This document shows, piece by piece, positions 37,311-51,840 of a stretch of 64,000 bases of DNA. This DNA comes from Felis catus. Lineage: Eukaryota. The notes under the pieces are model-generated. The model was not told where the DNA came from, ran no database searches, and saw only the letters and a list, made by a program, of their open reading frames with translations. Made by a program: the position numbers and the translations under genes. Where the stretch lies: contig NC_058373.1 of NCBI RefSeq assembly GCF_018350175.1, positions 101,806,001-101,870,000 of the forward strand. The letters run 5' to 3'. The stretch's first letter is position 1. Each line of letters starts with the position of its first letter.

Positions 37311-38529
37311 CCATCCGCTTCTCTGCTCACTTTCCTTCTGCTCCTCTTCAACAGATCTGATTTTGAAAAAGAACTATTAGGAAAGAGGAACAAGGAATAC
37401 ATCCTTCGGAATTCTTTGCCCCAATTGTGAGAGTCACAGAGTAAGCTCATTGTTGGTCTAACTCCATGCAAATGAATGGACTGTGAACCTCCTTAACTCA
37501 GTTGTTGGTCCCAGTGAGTGCATGCCTCACACCCTTGATTGGTTGGTTTCAAAATTCAAAGCTGTTCTTTTGAGTTTGTCACCAAACCAGACCTCAGCAA
37601 ATGCCTGCTCTTGTATGGATGCACCAGCCTCCAGCTAGGAAGTCCCCTGAGCCCAGAGGTTTACAGCATGAGCTCTCAGTAGGTTGTTGTTATTGTTTCC
37701 AGCAAGCATTTTTAATGCCTTCCAAATGCCTTGACAATGGATTTAGATAGTTTAATTTCCATTGAAGCCAGTAGGCAGGGGTTGGTATGCTCTTTGGAGT
37801 TTTGTGGTGTTAGGAGAAATATGTGTGGCAAAGTATTCCAGGTATGTTTAAACTGTCAGTTATTGCTTATTCTGTTGTGCCTTCAAAGAATGTTTTTGTT
37901 AAAGGGGACACAGGGAATTTGACTGACTTCTTTGCTAAAGAGAATAGTGGGAAAACTACCTTCTCGAGATATGAAAAGAAATTACTCACAAGTTGTTTTT
38001 TTTTTTCTCTGCCCCACTTTTGGCTTAGAGAATAGAGGCCTCTCCACCAGTGGAAAGGAGAAAAGAGGGGACTTTAATGGAGGGGCAGGCCCCGGGCTTC
38101 ACACAGGGCCGGAAAGGTGGGCAAGCCCAGGAGGGACCTTTTAGAACAAATTCTCGTTTGGCAGCTAGCTGGAGAAACCATCAAAGTCACTGGGTGATCA
38201 GGAGATTTGAGAACAAACCATGACTCCCAGCCACAATTCAGGGTATGCTAAACACAAAGTAGAGCTCTCATGTAGGAGACTTCACCATTCCGCAGTATGT
38301 TCACACACATTCATTAAATCCAAGCTACACAGCTCTTACTGCTGGGGAGAATGGAGCTGGGAGGTGTGTCTTTTTCTTAAATTACAAACTTTGAGTAAAT
38401 GCAGATCATTGCAAAGATGAGCATTTACAATCAAATTTTGGGGTGGGTACCATGTTTGTAATAGATTACAAAAATGGCCAGAGTTAGTGTGGAAGGTTCT
38501 AAATTGTGCCTGATTTATTAATTTAAATT

Positions 38530-38737
38530 TTTTATTAAAATATATTTTTTAAACGTTTATTCACTTTTGGAGAGACAGAGTGTGAGCCGGGGAGGGGCAG
38601 AGAGAGAGGGAGACACAGAATCCGAAGCAGGCTCCAGGCTCTGAGCTGTCAGCACAGAGCCCGACGCAGGGCTCGAACTCACGGACCGCGAGATCATGAC
38701 CTGAGCCCAAGTTGGATGCTTTACTAACAGGTGCCCC
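38530..38737 (-). mobile_element. Can-SINE (felid type)
   Basis: TSD tattaatttaaatttt. Confidence 0.95.
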
Positions 38738-38759
38738 TATTAATTTAAATTTTAACTGA

Positions 38760-38970
38760 TGTTGGCTAAGTTTTATTGAGCCCTTATTAGGTACCAGGCA
38801 TTTGGCTGTGAACTTGACATAAATTATTTCATTTAAACCTCACGGTTCTATTAAGTTGATAGATACTCTTTTTAATTGCAACATTACAGATGAGAGAAAT
38901 AAGGCATAAAGAGGTTACCTGCAATTAGTCAGTCTCACAGTTATTAAGTGGAAGAGTCAAATTCAGGCAG
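38760..38970 (-). mobile_element. MIR SINE
   Basis: ttattgagccctta...ttacagatgagagaaataaggcataaagaggtta. Confidence 0.7.
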
Positions 38971-40634
38971 AAAACTGCTGAGTTCCCTATCTTAAACCCT
39001 GCCCGTCCCGGTCCTCCGTGTGGACCTAGGTGCAGGGTTCAGTTACAGTGCTCGACTTCAGTTCTAGCGGAGTCATGTCTGTGTAACACTGTAGTACCTT
39101 CATGATTATGATTCAGATCTTAGATTAACACATGAGTGGTGTGTAAAACATGTGACAGGAAACATGATATGATTACAAAAAGAAAAAAAAAGCATAAACC
39201 AAGAAGCCCAAGAACTGAGGGTGAGTCTTGCCCCAGTATCAGTAAATTTGATGATGTGGGCAAACTTCAACTTCTCTGGGCCTCCGTTTTTTCATCTGCA
39301 GTTTGACTGAGTTGTCCCAGATGAGCGCCTGCTGTCGTCTGGTGTGAGCACACCCCAGTGTAGGAAAAGGTAGCGGAAGCTGCTATCAGGTGACAGGTGA
39401 TGAAATGGATACCAAAGGTTAATGGTCCAGTAATATAGATTTATTACTTTTAAGTTCGCTCATTTTATTTCTACCTAGTGCAGTTAAAAGAATTACATAA
39501 AATATATACAAAAATAAGTTTGAATAGGGCTCAAGGATTTAAAGTGAAAAAGTGAAAGTCTTCTATGTCTGCCTCACCCCCACCCACAATCCCACTGCCC
39601 ATACATAACTACTGTTAAGTTTTCTCCTTTTAGAAATTGGCTATACATATACAACTATGCAGCACATCTGTGATAGGAATTTATGAAAGAATCTGCTAAT
39701 TTCTTTAAACTCTCTTAATTGCAAAAACAATATGCGACTAAAGCCACTTGTAAAAGAAGCTTCAAACAAAACCCGTTTTTAAAAAAGCACAAGACTTTAA
39801 ATTAATGCATATTAAATTTTATTCCCTCCCACTGAAAAATGAATAAGGCGCTGTGCTGGAGAACACATTTGAATTGTGAAAATATAACTGTCAACATTAT
39901 GGAATCATCAAAGTATTAAAATAAGCTTCCATTTTGCCTTAGATCTTCTTAAAAAATGACAACAAAAGTCATTGAAGGCAATTCTTGCTTAAAAGTACTT
40001 TCATATGATGAAAATTTGAGGTCAAGCGTATTTCTCCATTTCCCTCTAAATGAGTTTAGACTGTTAGGAAGTGTTATGTTTTGCAAAACCTCTGAAGAGG
40101 GCATCTTGTATCTTTTCTTTCTGTTTGTTTTTCATATAGTTGGTGGGATTTTCTTGTATAATTATGGGAGTCTTTTGTTTCCCCAAATGAATTTACAAAT
40201 AAATATTAGGAGAAATTGGTCGCAGTACTCCATTCTTTGTATTGTTGCTCTGCTTCTTGTTGTGGTCTGTAACTCTTATAAAACTGTGTAATTTGGGGCC
40301 GTGTAATTTTGACTCCATTCTCCGTGAGAGACAAAATGTGTGGTGTCAGGGTTAGCTTCCTCATGTTGTGGACGTTTAGAGTCCTAGAGCCATGGGAGTC
40401 TTCCCCTCCTGGGTTCTGCTTGGCATTATTAATGATTATTAATGATTGTTACTAATTATTCCATTTACTTTCACATGAGGGAATCATAGCTTAGAGAGGG
40501 AGGCTGAACCCATATCATGTGTCAAAACAAATGACAGCCAGTTGAAGATATTTTCAATACTGTCTGTCCAGGAAAAAGCCTACTGGCTTCTCTGCCAGAG
40601 CTGCCCCCAGTAGAGCGCCCAGGTGCCGCCCAGG

Positions 40635-40820
40635 TGTGCTTCCCAGGCGCTGGCGCTAGAAAGACCCGGAGGGCTTCTTCTTCAAACACACATGACATGC
40701 GAGTGCCCCCCGGCCTAGAGTTTTTCTAATACAGTAGGTCCAGGGTGCGGCTCAAGAATTTGCAAGTTCCCAGGTGATGCTGCTACTGTTGGTCCAGGGT
40801 GCACACTTTGAGAACCACAG
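40635..40820 (-). mobile_element. MER5A-like hAT MITE
   Basis: cagtaggtccagggtg...aagttcccaggtgatgctgctactgttggtccagggtgcacactttgagaaccac. Confidence 0.8.
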
Positions 40821-41499
40821 GCTCCGTACCTCCAAAAGCCATAGCAGAGAAGAATGGATGACAGGTTTGGCAGAATTAATATACTGGCTTTAGCTAGTAA
40901 GTACACACAGCCACCTCTGAATTTCAGCTACTGAAGGCAGGAAGAGCTATCTCAGGCTCCAAATGTGTGGAATATGTATTCTCGTTTGATTCGTTCACTG
41001 GCATGAACTTTTAAGCAATCAATACAAAATGATGTCCACATGTGCTTTGAATTATGAGCCTTTTTTCTCTCTATTATTGTTTTGTTTTTCAGATTTTCTA
41101 AAAGCCTAGTATGATTGGTTATAGCCTGCCCATTTAACCACTTTCCACATTTCACTTTTAAAATGAAATCATCCTTCTTGCATTTAACTAATGGAAAGTT
41201 GTTCAACTTGCCAAGCAAGGTTCCATGGTTCCTGAAATAAATTTTCCAAAGAACTGGAAACTCTGGGCAGCTTTTATACAAGAAGCAGAATAGAAATGTT
41301 CAAATTTATGTGACTTTGATACATATTTTCCACGATTTGATATTTAAGTAATATCCATCACTGTATCTGAGGACATTCATTTGACTCTGTAAGATGAGCA
41401 GTTTGCATTCGAGATTTGTTCTTCGTCTTGCTTTTAACCTCCTCAAGATTATTTAAATTTATTTTTGTTTACAACTAGCTAAAATAATTGATACTGTCA

Positions 41500-41735
41500 G
41501 CTGACACTAATGAGTGATGATCATATGTCAACCATGGCTGAGAGATTTATGGGTCTGATCCCATTTAATTATCACAACAAATCAATGAGGAAGACAGTTA
41601 CCATTTTCTCCACTTCACAGGTGCTTACACCGAGAATAAAGGGTTAAATAACTTTCCAAGACCCCTGGCTAGTAAGTGGCAGGACAGGAGCTCAGAAGCA
41701 AGGTAATTCCAAGGCCCAGGTGCTTTCCCACTGTG
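41500..41735 (-). mobile_element. MIR SINE
   Basis: ggttaaataactttccaagacc...gctagtaagtggcag. Confidence 0.7.
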
Positions 41736-42171
41736 CAGTCACCCTTATTAAAACATGCTTTTGGAAGAGCCGTCTGTGCTCAGCATCATTAAATATTGGC
41801 TTTGCCCGCAAGAGCATTAAGCCTAAAATAGTCAACCTTATTTAGCAGATAGTGAAGGCATAAGAGCTAATCAAGCACTGAAAAAAATACAAATTGAATA
41901 GTAATATATAAATATTTCCTCTGCACAGGAAAGTTTTATGAAGGGAAAGCCATGTGTATGTGTATTAGGGACAAGAGCATGGAATGTATCCTTCCCTTAA
42001 AGTTAGGGTGGCTCTCAGGGAAGAATGTTTCAGGAGCTCCCTAATGCTGAAACATGATGTCTCGGTAATGTCTCGGTAAAACTAGGCTGAAAGGGCTTGT
42101 TGGTTATGGGATTTATTCTCCCAGAACAGTTTGTTTGGGAGTTGAGTAAATATTCCAGAGGGGATAGGTTC

Positions 42172-42364
42172 CAGCGCTGCCCAGTAGAACTTTCTGTGAT
42201 GATGGAAATGAACAGCAGGGTTCCCACTAGCCACATGTGGCCAATGAGCACTTGATATGTGGCCAGTGCCGCTGAGGAACTGAATTTTTAGTTGTATTCA
42301 ATTTTAGTTAATTGCAGTGTAAATAGCCATGTGTGGCTAGTGGCTATCATACTGCACAGTATAG
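42172..42364 (+). mobile_element. MER3-like hAT MITE
   Basis: cagcgctgcccagtagaactttctgtgatgatggaaatg; internal inverted cactagccacatgtggc / gccatgtgtggctagtg. Confidence 0.85.
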
Positions 42365-42559
42365 GGACAGTCAAAGACAACAGAAGGATTAAGTAGTGGG
42401 AGGCAGGAATGGAGGCTGACATGGATGCACTTGAACTTGGGTGGAGAAAGAAACCCTTGCCAGCCCTCTGGATGGACACCTGTACAGCAATATGAGGAAG
42501 CTAAGAGACAAGTGGAGGCATAGGATTTCAGACCTGAGATGACCAGGACAGATGCAAGA

Positions 42560-43470
42560 CTCCAAATAAAGGGAGGAAGAAGAAAGGGGGCAAAAGTGAG
42601 GCATCAGTAGTAGGGGATATGGCAGGATTTGGCACCTGGCTGATTGTGGGTGGAAGTACAGTGGAGGTTGGCAGCTACTTCAAGGTTTCCAGCCTGGTGA
42701 TAGGAAAACAGCTCCTTTTTGCAGTGTCTAATTTGTGTTGGCATAGGAACATCTAGCTTGAGATGCCTTATAGACAGAGAGTGGATCCTGAGGCTGGATC
42801 AGAGAAGCAGGTGTAGGTGGATAAATAGATTTAACATTTGCATAGAGATAATATTTAATCCATGCACAGATAATATTCAGAGTTATACAATTTAAAAAAT
42901 GGCAGGAAAGTCAGTATGAGCGGAGTCGGATGAGCAAGGCAAAGTGTGGTTGGAAATGAAGTTGGAAAGGTAGACTTGTAGGTTACAGGACTACAGGAGC
43001 CAAAACTTTGGACTATATTCTAAGTATGACGGGAAGCCTTGGAAAGTTTGAGAAGGACAGTGAGTTTCCCTGGACTTTGTAAATGACCACTCCAAATGGG
43101 GCACAGAGAAGGAGTGGAAGCCGGGAGCTCAGTTGGGGTACTCCAGTATTCCAGGTGAGGGATGCTGATGGCTTGGACCAGCATAGCAGTGGTGGATATG
43201 GAGACAAGTGGTTGGATTCCAGAGATATATTTTCAAAGCAGAGTCATCAGAATTTGTTGTTGGATGAGATGTGTGGTGTGAGAGAGAGAGGAATCAGGGA
43301 TGATTCCAAGCTTTTGCCCTTAGCAAAAGTATTTGTCATTTGTGGCGATGGGAAACCCTGAAGAAGTACCGGGTTTACAGACAAAATCAAAAATTCAGTT
43401 TGAGACGTACTGAGCTAGAGATGCCTATTAGACATCCTAGTGGGGTTTCAAGTGGGCTGTTGAACATGTG
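42560..43470 (+). mobile_element. L2 LINE fragments
   Basis: gagaggaatcagggatgattccaag, aattcagtttgagacgt...gagatgcctattagacatcc; strand tentative. Confidence 0.7.
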
Positions 43471-46400
43471 ATTCTGCAGTTGTCTCATGATTTGATGAGT
43501 TATGGTTTGCTAATGTCTTTAGGGGGAAGGAAGGAGCCAGAAGAGAAAGAGAAGCTGAGTGATAAGAGTATTCAAGAGTGGGACGGAGGTTTTAGGAAAT
43601 GGGAAGTTACAGGATCCTGTTTTGGAATGGAGGTGCTGACCCAGGGGAGGAGCATGCCATTCTGGTTATGGTGTTGTTGAAACCGAAAAGGTGTTTTTTG
43701 AAGAGACTAGTGTAGTGTGAGGGTGACCGCTGGGAGAAAGGCCCACACTGGGAGGCTTTGGTATGTTCTCAAAGAAGGGAGAAGGTAGGGAAAGCAGGAG
43801 TGGAAGATGGAGAGCTCAAGGTTTAGGAGGGTTCCAACAGAGCACATGGGTAGAAGTCAAGCTACAGCATGACTTTGTTATGTATAAGTCAGTTTTTGCC
43901 TGCTCCTTGTGCATGGAAGCATTTTTAGGCTATTTAATCAAATTTTTATGCCTCAGGGTTGAATAACAGAGTGGGAAGTGTTGACTTAAATTGTTTTTTC
44001 AAGCAGGCATAAATGTCAGAATTTAGGAGAATTGTATGCTGAAAAAAGAGTAGTTTATTTTAGAAGAGGCAACTTTTTTGTAGTTTTTCTCATTTGCCTG
44101 TAAGTATTTGTCACACATAATCATCTTGCCTGCTTTTATAAATGTAGGATTCCCATTTACATGGAAATGTGTACTTCACATTTTTTCCCATCAAAATGGC
44201 CAGTGTTGAAATATTCAGTATTCTAGTTTATTCTTGTTTCTAGTCTGTACAGGCTTTTAACCATTAGAATGTTTGCTATTAAAAAAAAAAAAAGCAGGAT
44301 TTTCTCTTAGAGTTACTGACTTATAATGCACCCACAGGGCAGTGGAAGGGTTATGGAGGACCCTTACTTAGGGAATGATTATTTCAGAGAGAACTCTTTT
44401 GTAGTTTGCTGATTCTCACCTGACAAAGTTGACGGAGAAGTGAATGCAAGTCAATTAAGTCCATCAGACTCACAACTTTTATCAAATAAAAGACTTGGGA
44501 TACAGGGTTTATATATTGTTTATAGATAAATCTTTACATCACGTACTGATTCACCAGTCCATCTTGTTCCTGAACCTGTAATTAATAGCTGCTTAAATAG
44601 ATAAGATTAGAACTCCTTCCATGAGTCCCGATCTAGTGCTTCTTCCCTTGGAGCATTTGTTGGAATGGCCCCATTGTCAGAGGTCTTGGGGCACTAACTG
44701 GCAGGGACTCGATCTTGTCCCCCTTTGTCTCCTTAGAGTAGCTCCTGCGACTGGATTACACTTACGTCTCGTGGGTTGGCAGTAGGGAAGAGGACTTCCT
44801 TCCGACACTCGTGCTCAGGCAGCTGTTTCTCTTTCTCCAAAAACACCCGTTTCCCCAGCCCCCAGCTGGTTCCTCCCTGCTAGAAGCCCAAATCCTCCAA
44901 AGTCACTGCTCGACCGAGTTCACCCTGTGACAGTACAAGTTACTCCGTTGCCCTTTCCTCCTCCTAAGCTTTCCCGAACATAAGCTTTTATCCTCTCTGT
45001 CAAGAGCTTACTTTGCCATCTGGTTTCCCTTCCCCCATAAATAATCCATTTTTCCCCCACCAGACTCCCAGGACAGAGGCGTGCCCCGTATCATATGCTT
45101 GTACTGAGCATTCTTTCAGTGCTTTTCACTTGCTTGACCTTTTAGTTCTTTTCTTTCATCCCTATCAGGATCTCCAAACTGAGGTCATGGAAGGTCAGAG
45201 TTAAAAACGACATTGACTGAGTTGACTGAGCACTTTTCTACAGAAAACCGAGCACCACGCTTTGTGGGTATTCGCAGAAATTTTGCCTAGTCTGCAGTGA
45301 CCCTCGCCACACATTTGCTTCACTATTTTTGTTTCACGGTTTAGAGGCCCTGGTGATAGGAGGGAACTATAAATAAGAACAACCCTGAGAGTGATAGGAT
45401 GAGCTCAGATGATCCTTAACTTTTTGGCCTTTCTCTTGGTTTAGAATTCCTCAAGGCCTATTATAGTGACTTATTTCACTTGACTCAGAATATCAGGGGT
45501 TTGGAACGCCCGAAGTCACTTACAGAAAGGACTCATGGTTAGGCTGTTTGTCCGCTTGCTGCTTATTGAAATATCTTTTATTATGATGCTCAAAGTAAAG
45601 AGAGGGTGAAGTGGGCACTAACTTAATGATATTTTACAAACACGTAATTGCACTTAGGGAGTTCAACATTACGTGAGTCGTAACACGAAGTGACTAAGTT
45701 CTCCACTTCTCTTTTGCTTGACAAGTTCAGCTGTCATTCAGCAGATTTGCTCCATGGGAAGTAACTTTGTTCTTTCTAAGGATGAATGAGTACCTTGATA
45801 CTAATGGTTGGTGTGTTGGAACTTAAACATATTAAAGAGTTAATTCTTTAAAAAAACTTATTAGTAGACATGCACTACCCACAAAGAGATTTTGAAAATA
45901 ATCTCTTCTGAATGGTGACTATGATACGTAGTCATGCAGACATCTCATTCTGAGAGTTCCACGGTATAAATATCGAATCAATCTCCTTTAGTAAGAAATA
46001 CTCTGTGCATGTCTCTGTGTGTGTACGTATATATTTTGCAGTGGTAATATGTTCATCATCGAGTAAGCCTGCGTCATCTTTCTTTGACCCCTGACGGCAT
46101 CCGGAGTGTGGAAGGGCCACTGATATTTCCTCATAAACAGAGTCGTAGGCTGTGGCTTTTACACAGACATCCGAGGAAATGCCATTGCCACCGCAGCCCT
46201 TGCTTGCCCACCGTAGTAATTGCAGTCACCATCCAGAACATTATTCCTTGTGGCTAATTCATCATGCTCCTCTTTGCTTCCCTTCCCCTTGTGAGGGCTT
46301 GGAAGATAAATTACACTCAAGAGTTAGAGTTTATCCACAAGGTCACACCACAGGTTGAAGAAAGAAAACCAGAAATTTGCACAGCTACCCTTTATCTTAA

Positions 46401-47214
46401 TTTCTGGCCCGTGCTAAACCTCTTAGGATCTATATCCACATCATATGATGGCCTGGAACTCTCCGTGTTTCAGTCGACCAGAGAGAACGGTGGCAGTTTC
46501 ATTTCCATTTGCATGTTTCCTGGCCATATAGTAGAAACCATAAAAGAATGAAATGGTCGGATCCCTAACCTTTCCATTTCTTTGCTTTATAAATGAATAA
46601 CAGTGATCTAAAAGTGAAAGAATGTAGCTAACCAGTGTCATTTGGGATCTTCTAAAGTAGTACGGAAACTCTGCATTCTTCAGACCAACTTGTGGCACGC
46701 CAGCACATTCCTCTCCGATGAGGTGGAGGGATACTGGTGGCGGGGCTGGGGTTTGGAGGGCTGGGGCGGGGAGCTGCTGTTTAAAAATACATTTAATTAT
46801 ATTCCTTCTCTGCAGTAATATTGATACCATTTTTAGCCCATTACAAATACTGTGATTTTCATTTAAGTCATGTCCATTATCTTCTTGACCTAGTTTTTAT
46901 TTTGTAATCAAAATGTTCTATTTCTGGATAGGTTAGCCCAGAATCCTTTTTTTTTTTTTTCTTTTTTAAAGGTTATGGACCTTTTGTGGAGTTTTGTTTG
47001 GTTTTGTTTCGTTTTTCTGTCATATCTGCATACAGATGGGCTGCCTCTGTGTTTGCTGTATTAGGGAAAATGGTACGGTATTGCTCTCTAGAAGAGTGAG
47101 GCTTTTCTCTATTTAATTTGGCAGGATGCCATGGGACCTTACCTCTGGTGACATTTTTGGGAAGCAGATGGTGAAGGAGCTATGAAATTCTATTACTATC
47201 CAAAATGAGAGGTA

Positions 47215-47431
47215 GGGGTGCCTGGGTAGCTCCATCGGTTAAGTGTCCGACTCTTGGTTTTGGTTCAGGTCAGGATCTCACAGTTTGTGGGATCGAGTCC
47301 ACGTTGGGCTTTATGCTGACAGTGTGGATCCTGCTTGGGATTCTCTCTCCCTCTCTCCCTGCCCCTCCCCTGCTTGGCTCTCGCTCTCATTCTCTCTCTC
47401 TGTCTCTCAAAATAAATAAATAAACTTAAAA
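47215..47431 (+). mobile_element. Can-SINE
   Basis: TSD aaaatga(g/c)aggta. Confidence 0.95.
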
Positions 47432-49489
47432 AAATGACAGGTAGAGGTCTGACTCTTTCTTCCCCTTCTTTCTCTGCTCTTTGGCGCTTTCCCTCTTTTC
47501 TCTACTCAGAGGATTGCACTTCTATTGGACCTTGCCTTTTCTCTGTTTCTTCCCCTCCTGTTTTCTTCCTGCTCTTTTCCTTCCCTTCTCTTGCCTGCAC
47601 TGTAGGCCCACTTCTTCATTTCCTTGCTCTGGCCGGAAGCTCACTCTGGGGAGACCCCCCCTAGAGATGCCCGTGGGGTCTGTTCTACCAGCTCATCTTT
47701 CATCAGTGTCTAATCAGGACCTTGAGACCCCTGAGGAGCACTCCATGTTTCCTTTCGGTATTATTTCTCAGTGTCCTTCTTGACATGAAGGTACCTTGCT
47801 CTCTCCTCCAGACAATGACTAGAACTAGAGAATGTTAGGATTTAGAGCAACCAGACATGTTATTTTGCAAGTGAGGAAGGATAAGGCCAGAGAATGATTT
47901 CTCCTAAGATTCAAGGGGAATTTAATGGCACAGCCAATTCAGCGACCCCATCTCCTGCTTTGGGGGTTCTCCTACTTTCTTAGCCAGAAAGTCATATAGA
48001 TGTGGTGCCTGGTTCCTTTTAGCACTCGTTTCTCTCCATCACCATCAGCCTTCTCAAATATTTTCTGTGTTAATGTATTTTAGAGGAACTGAGTCTTTAA
48101 CGTGACACTTTTCTTGTCAAAAGAAGACACGAAAGATGCAGTGCAGTAACAGGAGTCTCTCACTGAGTTGTTAGGGATTTTCTCAGGAATGGTATTTTGC
48201 TCCAGGTCATTTCTGTTGATGTATTCATTCCTAAGAACCGGTAGATGACTATGACATATAATATTTGAGCTTGAACTCCTTCCTGCCTAACTGGAGTCTC
48301 TCTGTTAATCAGGAAACCACATTTAAAGCTGTGTCCTGAACTCTGCCCAGCATGTCAACTTGGCCAGGAAGGATAGGGAATTCCTACTGGTAGCAGCCAC
48401 TGGGGACCAAGGGAGTAACTAGAGGTCAGATAGGGGCTTAGCAAGGAAGCCACTGGCAGCACAGGGTACATTTCAGCCACTGGGATTGTCTCTTGTTTTC
48501 TGAATTCCCCCTGTGGTTGAGGTTGGACAAAATCCAGGCTATCAGTCCCCTGGGCCAGTGACCCTACGCTTTGGAATTTTATGATCTAACAATGTTTTTA
48601 ATTGAGGAGGCTCAACATAGGGTTGTTAGCTTCTATCCTGAGAAGTAAGGATGTTAAAAAAGAAGCAATAGCAAAATTGCCATGTAATGTTATAGTCCTT
48701 TCCTGAAAGAAAAGATATTTTAATACCAGAAGTAGGAAGAATATAATCTCAGAATAAGGGACCGTCCTCTATACCATATCCGTATAGCTTCCGGGAAAAC
48801 TCCTATTGTATTGTCCAGATTTTTCTTATTTAGCCACAGGCCAGCATAAGTTTTGTCCCAGAAGCAGTGTTGGTGTGTGATACGTGGACTCCACAGCCTT
48901 CCTCCTGGGGCTGGTAAGCCCCTGCCGCTGTCTCCAGGGAGAATATAGAAGGATGCGTGAAGAACATGGCACAGAGAACAACCCATCAGTGTCTGACACA
49001 AACATAGTAAGTGCTCAGTAAATGAGCACTTTTATTCTCTCTTAGAGAAGTGAATTACACTAGATGACTATTTCAGGTTGGATTTCAAGGGACACCGCTC
49101 TCGTTTGGCTCGCTTTCATTGTGGACTAGGGTCTGATCTTCTGCTTTATAGATCTTTAGTGTGATTTCATCAGTTGCCTCATGGAAGGTTGGGAAAGACT
49201 TGCACTTCCTAAGTTCACGGGAGGCTAATCCATAAACAGAAATGCCAGTTCATTATTTTGCAGATAGACAATACGCTTTTTCAGGGACCGCATCAATAGA
49301 TGGGTCTGCCCAAGTCCCATGGCCTCCCCACAGTGGGGGAGGGGAGGGGTGAGTGCTGGGGTGGAGGCAATCACGGCATACACTGTCCTTGTTTATTCAC
49401 TGAATTTATTCCAGCAAGCTGATTCAGGTAGAACCCATTTTATTTCACTGGCATTGTTTTCTCTCTTTCCTTTGGACATTCCTTTTCAT

Positions 49490-49750
49490 TGAGAGACAGT
49501 AAAGCATAACGGTTAAGAGCAGAAGTTCTGGAGCCAAAATGGCCACGTGAGAATCCACACACCTACCAGGTGTGTGACCTTAGGCAATTCATTTGACCTC
49601 TTTGTGCTTTAATGTTACCTTCTGTAAAATGAAGGTAATAATAATTGAATTTGCCACATAGGTTTGTTTTGATAAGGAAAGGAGTTGATACATGTAATGT
49701 GCTTCGAGTGTTTGGCAAATAATAAATGATCAGCAAATATTTATTATTTT
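49490..49750 (+). mobile_element. MIR SINE, near full length
   Basis: ggttaagagc...ctggagcca...gtgtgaccttaggcaa...ctgtaaaatgaaggtaataat. Confidence 0.85.
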
Positions 49751-49839
49751 TATATTGTTGAGGAAGCTAGTTTTATGGTGGGACATGGAAAAATGAATAA
49801 AAATTAGATCGCAAGATTTTAGATTCTAAAGGGTTAGAC

Positions 49840-50085
49840 TTTTTTTTGTTTGAGAGAGAGAGAAAGAGAGAGAGGGTGCAAGTGAGTGAGGGGCAGAGAG
49901 AGAGAGAGAATCCCATGAGGGGCAGAGAGGGAGAGAGAAGGAGAGAAGTGGGGCTCACCCAGAGTGTGGGACTCGTGGTTTTTTTTACTGGAAGCAGGGC
50001 TCAAGCTCACCCGATGTGGGACTTGAACTCACAAACCGTGAGGTCATGAAGTCCAATGCTTAATGACTGAGCCACCCAGGTGCCC
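49840..50085 (-). mobile_element. Can-SINE, variant body with repeated gggctc/ctcacc blocks
   Basis: Reverse head; TSD taaag(g/a)gttaga. Confidence 0.9.
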
Positions 50086-50160
50086 TTAAAGAGTTAGATT
50101 CTTACCCTTAACTTCCCTTCCTATAGAATTCAGCTCTCCAATAATCTTTAGTTTCTGTGT

Positions 50161-50387
50161 TTTTTTTAAGTAATTAAAATTTTCTTTTATTTTTAAAGTT
50201 TTATTTTATTTATTTTGAGAGAGAAAGGGAGGGAGGGCCAGAGAGAGAGGAAGAGAGAGAATCCCAAGCAGGTGCCACACTGTCAGCACAGAGCCTGATG
50301 CAGGGCTTGATCTCATGAATCACGAGATGATCACCTGATCCAAAATCAAGAGTCAGTCGTTTAACTGACTGAGCTACCCAGGCGCCT
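50161..50387 (-). mobile_element. Can-SINE
   Basis: TSD tctttagtttctgt. Confidence 0.95.
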
Positions 50388-51840
50388 CTTTAGTTTCTGT
50401 TTTTACCCTTCATCAATTCAGTAGATTTCCATGTCACATCACTGTGTCTAGATGGTTTTTCATTGATGACATTTTTGGTTGGCTATTCTCTGTTGACATA
50501 TGGAGAGATACTTTGAAGCTGTCAACGGCTTTTCTCCCCAGGATACTTGTTTGGAGAAGCTTCTGTTCTTGGTGTGGTGGACCCCTCTCAGGGTGTCTTC
50601 CCTAGGTCATCCCTTCCTGGCCTTTCCCCCTTGAGTTTGGACTTGCCTTATTTGGCGAGGGAGAGGACCTGCCTAACTCAGCATGAACCTCTCTGCTGAG
50701 ATACAGAGAGGTGCTGAAATACTTGCACAGATATCTTCTAAAATAAGTAGCAAGAATTATAGTAAAGCTGATTCTAGGACTACCTTTTTATGTGCTTTTT
50801 CCTGTTTGCCAAGCCCACAGGGCAAGGTGACAGATAACCTGATTTTTTTTTTTTTTTTTTTTTTTTTTACCATTTCTCCGTTCCCTGGAGAAACTTAACA
50901 TCTATTTTCCAGTGGAAGTCAATGCCACATTGACTGGTACTCAGGATGCCTTTTATAGGAATGTGTGCATTCTGTTTAATCTATACATGTGTCTAATCAT
51001 ACCTGTAGTATGATCATTTTTCAGTTTCTTCACAAACTCACAGTGATACATTATAGTTAATAATGGCCATTAAAATATTTTACTGTAAAATATTCCATAT
51101 ACATTGGCCACTGAAACAGACTGGTCCACCCACCATCTATCTGTGGTGTAATAAGAAACTGAAACTGATAATTAGCTAAAATTTTGCCTCCATAAGTAAC
51201 ACTACCATGCCATTCTTGTAGAAAGAAGTTTCCCCACTGCTCTGTTACATTCCCATCCCTTAAAGTGCAGGTTTTCTCCCGATTCCTTTCTTGCTTTCCA
51301 AGGCAGCTAGAACTAACTATGTGATGGGCTGTTTGTCTTGCTTGTTCGCTGCCAGTCAAGGTCGGAGAGATGCTAGGTTTATGGAGGGGAAGAGCAGAGG
51401 TCGGCTGGAAGTGCTATTTCTAGCTTTGTAGTCAAGGTTTTTTTTTGCTGAGAGCATTGCAGCCTTACTGTCAAAGTTGTGCTGGGTTCTCTGCTAAGGC
51501 GTAGACACCTGTCTGTCCTCTGCAGTGGTACAGTCACATCAGATGACCACCAGCTCCTTCCTACGAGCCAGCTGCACCAGTAGGACAGTCAGCCTTGCAG
51601 AGTAAGTGACAGTTTCAGGAAGCTTCCTGTGAGGACTGTTGAAATGAGCCAGTGCAGAGCCAACCTCCTTTCCACCTATCTCTTGGAAGTGAGAATGTCC
51701 TCTTTGGGTTCTACTTTGCAATTCTGTACATCTGGGTAGTCTAAAGATTGCATGGTGGGGAGATCCTACTCATCCCAGGAGCTGAGGACCTACAGAGTGA
51801 AGATGCCTTTAACAGGTCAGTTCAATGTTAGGAACCTAAA

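Noticed and set aside
40600..40660. GC-rich patch with CTCF-like ccagtagagcgcc and tandem cgcccaggtg
   Set aside because: Mismatch in the CTCF core, too short for a CpG island, and partly overlapping the MER5A end.
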